Source of the DNA: Octopus sinensis
Taxonomy: Eukaryota
Assembly: GCF_006345805.1 (NCBI RefSeq)
Contig: NC_043000.1
Location: 20,398,001-20,462,000 of the forward strand
Length of the DNA: 64,000 bases
Direction of reading: 5' to 3'
The notes below the pieces were generated by a model. It was not told the origin of the DNA. It was given only the letters and a program-made list of their open reading frames with translations, and searched no databases. This document shows positions 27,371 to 40,263 of this stretch, one piece after another. The translations under genes and the position numbers were made by a program. Numbering within the stretch: the first letter of the stretch is position 1; each line of letters starts with the position of its first letter.

Positions 27371-27804
27371 GGATCTTTTCGGTTTGACCGGCAGTTTTTA
27401 AAAATAATTTCCACGTAACTTAACACTTTTAAACTTCGTATACTGGTAGAATGTGTTTATAAAACATCTTTTTCTCTTGGCTTTACTGAGAAAATTCTAT
27501 AGTTTGTAAGATATTTGTTGTTTTTTTCTTCAATTTCTGCAATTTTAACCAATCAATGACGTCTATTGAGGTGAAAACATTCTGTGCCGTATGAATATGT
27601 CCCTCGTTTAAGAAACAGATTGGGTTTATTTACATTTGTGAAGTAAAAAAGATACCCTTCCTCCCACCCCTAACTAACCCTAACTAACCTTAACTAACCC
27701 ATAAACAGATTGAAATGCAATAGATCGATACTAGGGTCATAATTATGGGTGACAATTTCATATGAGACCGCTAGAAAAAACTGCCGGTCAAACCGAAAAG
27801 ATCC
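27371..27804. mobile_element. GGATC-terminated MITE with CCCTAA-like tract and 8-bp TSD
   Basis: GGATCTTTTCGGTTTGACCGGCAG ... CTGCCGGTCAAACCGAAAAGATCC; TSD GTGAAGCC/GTGAAGCT; CCCTAACTAA repeats near 27667-27700. Confidence 0.88.
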
Positions 27805-28242
27805 GTGAAGCTTAATAGATTGGTTTTGTCTCTAGTTAAAGACTTATCAGAGATCGCTTATTTCGCCTTACAAATTGCGATATTTAGAACATAATATTTG
27901 TTTACCAAATATATCCTGTATAACTTCAGTATAAATATATATTTATTATCACATTGTATTAATATTGTAATTATTGGTGCCTGGTTGTTATACTTGCAGT
28001 GCTAGTGCGTAAATTTCGTTGTGTATCATAATTTTATTTACATTTCCCATAAAAATCACTATAGTTCTGAAATTCAGCTGATTTTAGAGTGAGGTAAACG
28101 AGAGACTTATACAGTGAGGTAAGTGAGGTTCGTTTCTCACTTCAAGCTGCTGAAAAGCCTCTGGTTTTTCCATTGTGTCCTTCACTGCAGCGACACTAAA
28201 TATGTTTTTTTTTTAACGTATGCAGTGTGAAAATCATATATA

Positions 28243-28384
28243 TATTTCTTTACTGCCCACAAGGGGCTAAACATAGAGGGGACAAACAAGGACAGACAAA
28301 GGGATTAAGTCGATTACATCGACCCCAATGCGAAACTGGTACTTTATTTATCGACCCCGAAAGGATGAAAGGCAAAGTCGACCA
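28243..28384 (-). mobile_element. 5'-truncated family A SINE (tail 1)
   Basis: Reverse complement of core plus tail, inserted at ATAT. Confidence 0.8.
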
Positions 28385-28715
28385 TGGCTCAGTGGTTAGA
28401 GCGTCGAGCTCACAGTCATGAGGTAGTGAGTTCGATTCCTGGACCTAGCTGTGTCTTGTGTTCTTGAGCAAGACACTTTATTTCACGTTGCTCCAGTTCA
28501 CTCAGCTGCAAAAGTGAATTGCGACGTCACAGGTGCCAAGCTGTATCGGCCTTTGCTTTTCCCTTGGATAACATTGGTGGCGTGGAGAGAGGAGGCTTGT
28601 ATGCATGGACAACTGCTGGTCTTCATCGCCCGGACTTGTGTCGCGGAGGGGGGAACTTTCTAGGTGCAACTCGATGATCATACGTGACCGAAGGGGGTCT
28701 TTACTCTTTACTCCT
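28385..28715 (+). mobile_element. SINE with head 2, CORE-like segment and a unique tail
   Basis: TGGCTCAGTGGTTAG, GAGTTCGATTCC, GTGTTCTTGAGCAAGACACTTTATTTCACGTTGCTCCAG. Confidence 0.7.
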
Positions 28716-28720
28716 TTATA

Positions 28721-28759
<39 letters not shown>

Positions 28760-28779
28760 TTATGTATGTCTGCAGTTGT

Positions 28780-28780
<1 letters not shown>

Positions 28781-28872
<92 letters not shown>
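28781..28872. repeat. (GATA)n microsatellite
   Basis: Direct reading. Confidence 0.95.
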
Positions 28873-29084
28873 CATCCGTTTATGCAATGTTTACCGCTGA
28901 GGTGTAGAATTAAGTTCTAGAAGGTAAACTTGCTCTGCTGATACCATTTAAAAATTATAAATATCAGACAATACGTGATGAGAATTTAGAAACTTCGAGA
29001 GAGATGAGGTAAATTATTTTTAACGTTGGAATTCGAAACTGATTAAGCTGAAAAATAAGAGCGTGTAGAATGTTAAGTTATAAA

Positions 29085-29642
29085 GACTTTCGATTTTCTT
29101 TTGTCCAAGGGATTTTTAATGTTTCGCCCGCTATCATTTATACCTTTATAAGGGGGTGAGCTGGCAGAATTTGTACCGACTTTCGATTTTCTTTTGTCCA
29201 AGGGATTTTTAATGTTTCGCCCGCTATCATTTATACCTTTATAAGGGGGTGAGCTGGAAGAATTGTTACCGACTTTCGATTTTCTTTTGTCCAAGGGATT
29301 TTTAATGTTTCGCCCGCTATCATTTATACCTTTATAAGGGGGTGAGCTGGCAGAATTGTTACCGACTTTCGATTTTCTTTTGTCCAAGGGATTTTTAATG
29401 TTTCGCCCGCTATCATTTATACCTTTATAAGGGGGTGAGCTGGCAGAATTGTTACCGACTTTCGATTTTCTTTTGTCCAAGGGATTTTTAATGTTTCGCC
29501 CGCTATCATTTATACCTTTATAAGGGGGTGAGCTGGCAGAATTGTTACCGACTTTCGATTTTCTTTTGTCCAAGGGATTTTTAATGTTTCGCCCGCTATC
29601 ATTTATACCTTTATAAGGGGGTGAGCTGGCAGAATTGTTACC
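29085..29642. repeat. 93-bp minisatellite, 6 nearly identical units
   Basis: Units start at 29085, 29178, 29271, 29364, 29457, 29550; the array runs into a SINE body at 29643. Confidence 0.97.
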
Positions 29643-29884
29643 GACATTTCTTCTGGCTTTACGTTCTGAGTTCAAATGCCGTTGAGGTTGACTTTGGCTT
29701 TCATCTCTTCGAGGTCGATAAAACAAGCACTAGTTGAGCACCGAGATCGATGTTTTCTACTAACGCCATCCTCCCCACCCTAATTTCAGGCCTTCTGCTT
29801 ATAATAGAAAGGGTTATCTATAGCTTTATCTACTTCAACTTCTTCGTTAAAAATAACCTGCCTCAGGCAATTATGCTAACTCTC

Positions 29885-30370
<486 letters not shown>

Positions 30371-30544
30371 ACAAATTTAAGTTAACAATATTCTTACATA
30401 ACTGTTTACAGTCCCACTATGTGGCACCTTGGGCAAGTGTCTTCTACTATAGCTTCGGGTCGACCAAAGCCTTGTAAGTGAACTTGCTAGACGGAAACTG
30501 AAAGAAGCCGTCGTGTATGTATATATATATATATATATATATAC

Positions 30545-30921
30545 TCTTTTTTTTTACTCTTTTACTTGTTTCAGTCATTTGACTGCGGCCATGCTGGAGC
30601 ACCGTCTTCGGTCGAGCAAATCGATCCCTGGACTTTGTAAGCCTAGTACTTATTCTATCGGTCTCTTTTCCCGAACAGGACGTAAACACACCAGCATCGG
30701 TTGTCAAGCGATGTTTGGGGGGGGAGGGACAAACACACACACACATATATATATATACATATATACGACGGGCTTCTTTCAGTTTCCGTCTACCAAATCC
30801 ACTCACAAGGCTTTGGTCGGCCCGAGGCTATAGTAGAAGACACTTGCTCAAGGTGCCACGCAGTGGGACTGAACCATGTGGCTGGAAAGCAAGCTACTTA
30901 CCACACAGCCGCTCCTGCGCC

Positions 30922-30922
<1 letters not shown>
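30545..30922 (-). mobile_element. Family B SINE, preceded by a plus-strand B 5' fragment (30410-30510)
   Basis: Reverse complement of the B modules. Confidence 0.85.
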
Positions 30923-30954
<32 letters not shown>

Positions 30955-31283
30955 ATACATGAAGTCTTGGGGCTCAACCATTGTCCAAGCCCTGTCCAAT
31001 GTTTGATTATCCCTGTATATCACTGGCATGATATGGAAAACTTGGAAGATTTGGCATTTGGCAACACCATGGTAGAAACTGGTGTAAGAGTTTAGTATTT
31101 GTACATTCATCTATTCTTATTCGTTTATTTTTATTCATATATTTTTTTTATTTATTTATTTGTTTATTTCATTCGTTTATTTGGATCACTTACACATATG
31201 ATTGTAATCAATTAATAAATAGATATAATCGAATGTTTACAGGCTGATGTTTGTCGATTGTTTATACTCTCCATTTTCTTACT

Positions 31284-31334
<51 letters not shown>

Positions 31335-31525
31335 ATATTATATATTATATATATATATATATATATTATATATTTATATATATATATAATTTAATAAATA
31401 AAATATTGCATACATACATACATACATATATGTACGTACCTACATCTACATGTATATATACATGCATATATATATATATATATATAAGTACAGGACACTT
31501 ACATTTATATTTATGTGTGGGTTGT

Positions 31526-31559
<34 letters not shown>

Positions 31560-31560
31560 A

Positions 31561-31881
31561 AGGCGCGTGGCTTAGTGGTTATGGCATTCGGCTCATGATT
31601 GTAAGGTCGTGAGTTCAATTCCCGGAGACACGTTGTTTCCTTGAACAAGACACTTTATTTCACGTTGCTATAGTCCACTCAGCTGGAAAAAAATAGCAGT
31701 ACCTGTATTTCAAAGGGCCGGCCTTGTCACACTCTGTGTCACGCTTAATCTCCCTGAGAACTACGTTAAGGGTACACGTGTCTGTGGAGTGCTCAGCCAC
31801 TTGCACGTTAATTTCACGAGCAAGCTGTTCCGTTGATCGTATCAGCTGGGACCCTCGTCGTCGCAACCGACGGAGTACTCC
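31561..31881 (+). mobile_element. Chimeric SINE: head 2, CORE-like segment, tail R
   Basis: 5' half resembles 28385; 3' half (GTACCTGTATTTCAAAGGGCCGGCC...CCGACGGAGT) matches 26633. Confidence 0.8.
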
Positions 31882-32057
31882 TATATATATATACATACGG
31901 TGAATAAGATTAGGATAGGTAAAGTTAAATGCCCAAATGGAAAAAATTATATACAATATATGAGAACCCGTGTGTTACTTCGTTCTTCTAATTGTCCTCA
32001 TACTATCAAGAATACAAATAACGGGATAAAAAACAAACAAACCCATTATATATTCAA

Positions 32058-32452
32058 CTAGCAGTATCGCCCGGCGTTGCTCGGGTTTGTAAGGGAAATA
32101 ACTATATAAGCATTTTTAGAGAGTTATAGCCAAAAAATAGCAAAAAAATGCATTAAAAATGGGAAAAAAATGATGGTAAATTTTTTTAAATGGTTGACTA
32201 ATCGTAGACATTTTTAGAGAGTTACTTCCCTTATATAATAGCGAAAAAATGCATTAAAATGGAAAAAATGATGGTAATTTTTTTTTTTAATCGTAGACTC
32301 ATCGTAGACGCGCGCTAATACCCAGAAGGGCTCGATATGAATCACGACTATAAGATGCCTGGTTTTGGTTAAACTGCACCGCAAAATGTGGGAGTAGTTA
32401 GGAATCTAAATCGGAGGAGACAGACACACAACTTCACTTTTATATATAAAGA
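32058..32452 (-). mobile_element. Non-autonomous Helitron
   Basis: TC...hairpin-CTAG, A|T target, internal ~65-bp subrepeats. Confidence 0.85.
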
Positions 32453-32464
32453 TAATGTTTATTT

Positions 32465-32855
32465 TTAAATTATTGTAAACAAAAGAATATTACTTCCAGA
32501 TGTAAGGTGATATGTGAGGGTAAACGTTTCTTCTACATAGGAGCTACGCAGAATTTTAGTAAAAAAACGTGTCTCTAACTATATTTACACTTTTAATAAT
32601 GGGAACAAGTCTTCTTCTACCAGCTTCAGTAAATTTATTTGGAACTTGAACGACAAAAAAAAAAAGAGTTTTTCTGTGGGGTGGCACATTATAAACAAGA
32701 CGACTGCTTATAAGCCTGGAAAATCCTTTTGCTTTTTCTGTCTAGAAGAACTGTTCTTGATCTTATATTCTAGGAGACGTTTCTTAATTGGTAAAACAGA
32801 AACTGGGTTTTCATGTGTTCATGCATGTAAATGGTCTCTTAGAAACTACCATTAA
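32465..32855 (+). pseudogene. Penelope-type GIY-YIG endonuclease fragment
   Basis: CKQKNITSRCKVICEGKRFFYIGATQN...STSFSKFIWNL...W.II.KTTAYKPGK.FC.FCLEE...C.H. Confidence 0.8.
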
Positions 32856-33051
32856 ATATATAATCATCGCTGATGATAAGCGTTAAAAAATGGTTAGTAG
32901 ATGCAATATTGATGAAAAATATGTATAATATAACGTATTGATTAAATGGTGTAGATGGATGTTATGTCTTCTAAACGTGGCAATGTATTGGTAGTTTACT
33001 ATAAATTCAATTAAGCACGTTCTCATAAATATATCATTGAAATTCTTATAA

Positions 33052-33416
33052 TCTCTATATATATAAAGCTGAAGTTGTCTGTGTATGGCAGGTTTGGTAG
33101 CCTTCAACTAACACTATCTCCTCCGAGACCCTGCGGCGCAAGTTGGCCAAAATTGAGAGTATGATGGAAGAATTCAAATCGGACCATGTTAAGACCAAAA
33201 ATTATTTACATCAAAAAAGAGCTTTTTATCTATGAAAATCCCTTTTTTTTTTACGATTTTTTGACTGCTGTGACGCCATTTTTCGGTGTATTTCAACCAC
33301 AAATATGTTCACTTAAAGAGATTAACAAGCTAGATAATGCAAAATTTTTACTTTTCAAAAAATTCCAATTCTAAAGGATCGAAACAAACCCGAGCAATGC
33401 CGGGCGATACTGCTAG
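33052..33416 (+). mobile_element. Non-autonomous Helitron (same subfamily as 11819)
   Basis: A|TCTCTATATATA ... CCCGAGCAATGCCGGGCGATACTGCTAG|T. Confidence 0.88.
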
Positions 33417-33692
33417 TGATTTATAAAACTAAATTTGCGATAAAACATATTATCTTAATAGTAATTACAACTTTAATGTACTTAGTTTTGATATAAAATA
33501 TCTATAAATAGTATCTGGTAATGTTTAGGTTTTGCTTTTGTTTACAAAGTTTATATTGACCCTAGAATAACGCAAAAATATTGATGACGCAACACTTATT
33601 ATACGGTAATTAACCAACAGTTTTGATGCGTCATATTTTTTCGTTGTCTTCAGTATTTTGAACAAACGCATGCACAACAACTTGATGAATGT

Positions 33693-33756
<64 letters not shown>

Positions 33757-33905
33757 TCTCTCTCTGTGTACCCATCTTTCTCTTTCATTCGCTTTTATCT
33801 CTCTCTCCCTATAACATCTATTTCGCCTTAACTATCACACCACCGCCAATAAAAACCATCATGTATTACATATGCACGCGCACAAATATATCAAATGCAT
33901 TTGTT

Positions 33906-33952
<47 letters not shown>

Positions 33953-34005
33953 ATATATATACATATATGTATATATATATGCATGTATGTATGTATGTAT
34001 GTATG

Positions 34006-34054
<49 letters not shown>

Positions 34055-34184
34055 ATATATATATGTATATATGTATTATATATATATATATGCCAATATG
34101 CTGATAACAGAAATTGACGATTTAAAAGTCTGTTATCAGCATAATGGCATAGAAATTAATTTTCTTTTGCCCTTGTTTATAAGT

Positions 34185-34274
<90 letters not shown>

Positions 34275-34580
34275 ATTTATGAAAATAACTGGTTTTTTAA
34301 AACAACGCACACATCTAAGTCTGTCGAAGGTCAACCAACACATTGAAATATAACTCCCATTTGGGAAAATTTTCCCCTGATGAAATATTCAATTAACCAG
34401 TTTCAATTTTAAAATTCAAATTGAATTAATTTAATTTAATTTCTGTAATTGAACTAATTGGATGTGGAAACGGCTGTAGGACAGGAATTTCATTATATGG
34501 ATTTGAATATCTTTGAATAAATTGATGTCTGCATGTCAATTTCTCCATTTACTTCCTTTCCTCATTCGTAAATATTTTAA

Positions 34581-34613
<33 letters not shown>

Positions 34614-35769
34614 CAATGCAATACTAATGTATTTAGTTTTCATTGAACACTGGTACAAACCGGAGAACTAGGATGCTACCACCCTTCAAAGGATTATAGG
34701 CCCTTGACACAATTGTATGTGTATGTTTGTGAGTATATGCGCGTGTGTGTGTGCCTGTGTGTTTGTCCAACCACCACCGTCTGACAACCGGTGTTGCTGT
34801 GTTTGCATCCCGTTAATATAGCGGTTCGGCAAAAGACATCGATGGAAAAAGTAATTGGCTTTAAAAAATAAAAGTACTAGAGGTCGATTCATTCGACTAA
34901 AAATTTTTCAAGGCGTGGCCGCTGTCTAATGACTGAAACAAGTCAGAGATAAAAGATAAAAGATAAAAAAAAAAAAGATGTTGTCTGCTTTTCCTTTCAC
35001 TCGGTTAAGACTGCTGACAGATTTACCTAAACAATTGCCATTTCCATAATGCAAATGATCTTCCTGTTTTGTTTTTTTTTTCCCCCTCTCTTTTAATCAC
35101 AGTAAATGTGCTGCCCCTTGTTAAGTTTCCTATTAGCCGCCCACCGTACATTAAAACTAATCCACAAATACGATGTTTCCAATCTCTGTGCAACATCAGC
35201 CCACTGGGTGTTAGCTCATGCTTTTCCCTCTTCTCCATACTGAACAAATATTTACACTAACACAGAAGAAAAAAATTGCAAACATTGATTAAACATAAAC
35301 CATAATTAAAATCAAGATTATATTACTAGAAATAAACCAGTGAAGATATTCTGTAGAAAATTTTCAGACATAACGTCCATTTCGGTACTAATAAAATATG
35401 CATGTCAGAACAACACTATATAGCCAACATATTTGAGTAGCATTTTATATCAGCGCTTCTGGCTAATGTAGATAATAACAATGAGTGGTTTTGTTTACAG
35501 GAGACTGGATGGATAAATTCTGATCGAGTTACTAAGCCAGGAAGCCTTTTTTGTTTTTGCAATTTTCTTCGCAGATATATAGTTTGGTTTGCTAATTCGG
35601 AAAATCCCGTTTATTTCTTTTCTTTTCATTTTTCCTTACCCCCCCCCCCCCACACTTTTAACTTGTTTCAGTCATTAGACGGTGGTCATGCTGGAATACC
35701 GCCTAGAAGAAACTTTTAGTTGAATGAATCGATTCCAATGCTTTTTTTTTTTTAACTGGTACTTATTTT

Positions 35770-36002
35770 TATTTCTTTATTGCCCACAAGGGGCTAAATA
35801 TAGAGTGAACAAACAAGGACAGCCAAAGGGATTAAAAGCCGATTACATCGACGCCATCGCGTAACTGGTACTTAATTTATCTACCCCGAAAGGATGAAAG
35901 GCAAAGTCGACCTCGGCGGAATTTGAACTCAGAACGTAGCGGCAGACGAAATACCGCTAAGCATTTCGCCCAGCGTGCTAACGTTTCTGCCAGCTCGCCG
36001 CC
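35770..36002 (-). mobile_element. Family A SINE (tail 1)
   Basis: Reverse complement of head, core and tail. Confidence 0.85.
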
Positions 36003-36091
36003 TAATCTGGTACTTATTCTATCAGCCAAGATGTGGCAGCCACGAGAGTCAAAATAAAGATTACCCTTATTGTCATCGGAGCATGGGGGAC

Positions 36092-36164
<73 letters not shown>

Positions 36165-36413
36165 CGACGGGCTCATTTCAGTTTCCGTCTAGCAAATCTA
36201 CAGGCAATGCTTTGATCGGCCCAAGCCATAATAGAAGACACCTGCCTAAAATACCACGCAGGGGGACTGAATCCAGAGCTGTGGTTGGAAAGCAAGCAAG
36301 GGAGAAATTAGTGATTAAAATAACTATGCGTTTTTGAAAACTAAAAGTTTTAAGAATTTTAACCAATCAGAACTCTCCATCATCAACATACTGGAAATTA
36401 CGACTGCTATATA

Positions 36414-36680
36414 AGGGCCGGTTTCCCGGTTTCCTTGGCGAATAGGTTCCCCACCTGGACAGGACGCCGGTCCGTCGCAGGTAAGCTGCAAGATGCAGGA
36501 GGAAAAAGTGAGAGAAAGTTGTGGCGAAAGAGTCAGCAGAAGTTCGCCATTGACCCCTGCCGGAACCGCGTGGAGCTTAGGTGTTTCGTTCATAAACACA
36601 CACATCGCCCGGTCTGAAATCCGAACCCGCGATCCCTTGACCGCGAGTCCTCTGCTCTAACCACTAGGCCATGAGCCTCC
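36414..36680 (-). mobile_element. SINE: head 1, body X, Meta-like domain
   Basis: Minus strand GCGACGGACCGGCGTCCTGTCCAGG...GAAACCGGGAAACCGGCCC. Confidence 0.7.
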
Positions 36681-36950
36681 AAATATTTTGATTTACGTAT
36701 TATTAATTTCTCAAAATAATTATAATGAGGATTTCAAATTTTGGCTCAGGGCCAGAAATTTCATGGGTGGAGGGGTAAGTCGATTACATTAACCCCAATG
36801 TTCAACTGGTATTTATCTTATCGACTTCGAAAGGATTAAAGGCAAAGTCGACTTCGGTGGAATTTGAACTCATAACGTAAAGGCGGCGAAATGCCGCTAA
36901 GCATTTTACCTGGTGTGCTAACGATACTGCCAGCATGCAGTCTTAATAAT

Positions 36951-37564
36951 AATCCTTTCTACTATAGGTACAAGACTTGAAATATCAGGGGAGAGGGTGA
37001 GTCAATTACATTGACCCCAGTGCGTAACCGGTTCTTATTTAATCGACCCCGAAAGGATGAAAAGCAATGTCAATCTCGTCGGATATTTGAACTTAAACCG
37101 TAAGGACGGACGGAATGCCATTAAGCATTTCGCCCGGCAAGCTAACATTGCTTATTTCGTTATTGCCCACAAGGGGCTAAACATAGAGGGGACAAACAAA
37201 GACAGACAAAAGTATTAAGTTGATTACATCGACCCCAGTGCGTAACTGGTACTTAATTTATCGACCCCGAAAGGATGAAAGGCAAAGTCGACCTCGGCGG
37301 AATTTGAACTCAGAACGTAACGGCAGACGAAATACCTATTTCTTTCCTACCCACAAGGGGCTAAACACAGGGCAAACAAGAACAGACAAACGGGTTAAGT
37401 CGATTATATCGACCCCAGTGCGTAAATGGTACTTATTTAATCGACCCCGAAAGGATGAAAGGCAGAGTCGACCTCGTCGGAATTTGAACTCAGAACGTCA
37501 CGACAGACGAAATACCGCTTAGCATTTCTTCCGGCGTGTTTAACAATTCCGCCAGCACGCCGCC
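36951..37564 (-). mobile_element. Family A SINE trimer (tail1, tail1, tail2)
   Basis: Three cores; junctions near 37336 (GAAATA|GGTATTTCG) and 37152. Confidence 0.85.
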
Positions 37565-37689
37565 TTAATACTGCTGATAATAATAATCCTTTCTACTATA
37601 GGCACACGGCCTGGAATTTGCGGAGAGGGAGATAGTCGATTACATGGACTCCAGTACTTGACTGGTTCTTAATTTATCGATCCACTAGA

Positions 37690-37900
37690 AATTTGGATTT
37701 CTCCGTTTGCTGGTTAGGTCTCTCCGAGTCTGTAAAGGTTTTTTTAGACCTCTGTTTAAGGGAAAATAACCTGTACTCATTAACGGGTTTCGTATTCCAC
37801 GAGTTCTGAGCGTTTTCTCACGCCTGTATTCATATAGAGTCTGACCAGCTGTCCACAAGGCTTTGCTTTGTGGGTGCGTAACCTTGGGTAACTCTATATA
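37690..37900 (-). pseudogene. Possible Penelope-type GIY-YIG fragment
   Basis: PKVTHPQS...GQTL...R..HL-like decayed motif. Confidence 0.4.
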
Positions 37901-38273
37901 AAATATTGTTGTGATATATGTGTGTGTGTTTGTGTGTGTGCCCCAGCATGGCTGCAATCCAATTATAGAATCGGCTTAAAGTTACATATTTTGGAGAGGA
38001 TCTAGTTGATTTAATCGATACTAGTACTTGATGGGATCAGGAGAAGTTCGTACCGAGTACTGGTGGTGACAGAATGACAGGAAAAGTTGATCTCGGTGGA
38101 GTATGAAATCAGAAAGCAAAGGGCCGCAGCTTCATACTACCTTTTACTGCAGTTAACACAATGAATGATAACAAAGGCACCCGGCTAGAAATGGTGCGGT
38201 GGATACCCAGCTAGTCTAATCGATCCCAATACTTGACATGAACATATTTTAACGACCCCGGAAATATATAAAG

Positions 38274-38552
38274 CATTGGTTCCCAAAATGGACGGTACTG
38301 CCCCTTGGGAGCAGCGGAAAGATCCAGTTGGGGACATTGGAGAAAGGTTGGGCGATAATGAGGTGGCCAAAAAGGGGCGATGGATGTAAAAACAACAAAA
38401 TAATGGGTTAATTAGGGTAAGTTTTATTTGTGAAATTAAGTTGTTTTGAATTTGCTTCAGAAAGTGGTTTATATTTGTGATAGCGAGTGGGGACGGGCGC
38501 TAAGGTCTTGGTGCTAAGGGGGCGGCATCCACCAAACATTTGGGAACCACTG
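38274..38552. mobile_element. hAT-type MITE
   Basis: CA(T)TGGTTCCCAAA ... TTTGGGAACCACTG; imperfect 8-bp TSD ATATAAAG/TTGTAAAG. Confidence 0.75.
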
Positions 38553-38656
38553 TTGTAAAGTTACGGAACTAAATGCTGCACAGAATTTTGTTCTTTAATC
38601 TAATGTTTTTTTTTTTAGGGGGGGGGGTCGGATTGCCCCTTGTCTACATCATTGAC

Positions 38657-39084
38657 GGTGATCTTTCGTCTCTAGTAGACCTTTCCGTCGATTTCCGTAA
38701 AAAAATTTTTTTTTTTTACATATGGGCTTGCGGGAACTTTTGAAGTAATGAGAACGAAAGAGACTAAGAGAAAGCGATTGTATGACGAGGGAAGTTCTTT
38801 TGAAGTTACCGTGCATGGACTCTCTCTGTCTCTTCACACACACTAACAGAAGCACTTCACTTACACAACATACTTTCTGTCTCCCACACCCCATCAAACA
38901 CACACACATGTACATCAATGCTCCCATGCACGGTATCTTCAAAAGAACTTCCCTCGTCATACAATCGCTTTCTCTTAGTCTCTTTCGCTCTCATTACTTC
39001 AAAAGTTCCCGCAAGCCCATATGTAAAAAAAAAAAATTTTTTACGGAAATCGACGGAAAGGTCTACTAGAGACGAAAGATCGCC
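38657..39084. mobile_element. Foldback MITE, ~165-bp arms, GG termini, perfect 8-bp TSD (Merlin/MULE-like)
   Basis: TCATTGAC|GGTGATCTTTCG ... CGAAAGATCGCC|TCATTGAC. Confidence 0.9.
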
Positions 39085-39588
39085 TCATTGACTTTAAATT
39101 ATAGCAGTTAATGTTATATGTTATATGTTAAATATTTTGGGATTTGGTATCCATGTACTTTAGTGATAAAAGCAAATTTCATAAATAACGTCTAAAAGAT
39201 TTCCAACTTTTGCTAGATTTAAGCAGAGTTTCGTTCGACAAAATCACTACTTTAATAAGAATAAACTTTTCTTGTAGAGCACAAAATGAAATAGACGAGG
39301 GGGCAGATGTTACAAAATGTGTATAGGGGAAGCTTTACATCGAAATCGTATCGATGAAGCAAGGAAAACAACAAAGAGAAAATATGTGTGCTGAAGTCAG
39401 ACTCAAAGATATTCCATCCGAGGACAATCTAAAAAACAACTCGCAGATCTAAGATTACTCTATCAAGAGCAAGTGACTTCTTCCAAGTAACATTCTTTGA
39501 AAAATACGGGGATGGGCAAAAGTAGGTATTCATTTACTTAATATGAGTGTAATATTATTTTCCTTTCTTTATTTCTTTTTATAATTCA

Positions 39589-40263
39589 CTAGCAGTATCG
39601 CCCGGCGTTGCTCGGGTTTGTAAGGGAAATAACTATATAAGCATTTTTAGAGAGTTATAGCTAAAAAAATAGCAAAAAAATGCAATAAAAATGGAATAAA
39701 AAATTATGGTAATTTGTTTTTAAATCGTTGACTCATCGTAGACATTTTTAGAGAGTTACTTCCCTTATATAATAGCGAAAAAATGCATTAAAATGGAAAA
39801 AATGATGGTAATTTTTTTTTTAAATCGTAGACTCATGTAGACGCTTTCTTAGCCATTTCTGTTTTGGTGTCTTCAAGCCATGAAGTCGTTGTTCTAAAAG
39901 AACGCTGGTCTCCTTGACAACGCATTACGACGTTGATTTCCTTACACTCCCTTCCCCACAGCTTCACGAGAGAGGGAAGAAGGGGGAGAAGCAACACAGG
40001 TGCAGATGTGACCATGGACGCCAACTCCGCCGCCATCGACACACGAAAAAATATGCATTATAATATAATAAAAAATTATGTTAAATTATTTTAAAAATCG
40101 TAGACTCATCGTAGACGCGCGCTAATACCCAGACGGGCTCGATATGAATCACGACTATAAGATACCCGAATTTGGTTAAACTGCACCGCAAAATGTGGGA
40201 GTAGTTAGGAATCTAAATCGAAGGGGACAGACACTCACACAACTACAGTTTTATATAGAGAGA
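39589..40263 (-). mobile_element. Non-autonomous Helitron with ~200-bp extra internal segment
   Basis: Colinear with 32058 except for 39845-40045 and an extra subrepeat. Confidence 0.88.

Noticed and set aside
29073-29726. 217-aa repetitive ORF, or a CRISPR-like array
   Set aside because: Translation of a 93-bp tandem repeat; units are identical with no unique spacers, and no cas genes are present
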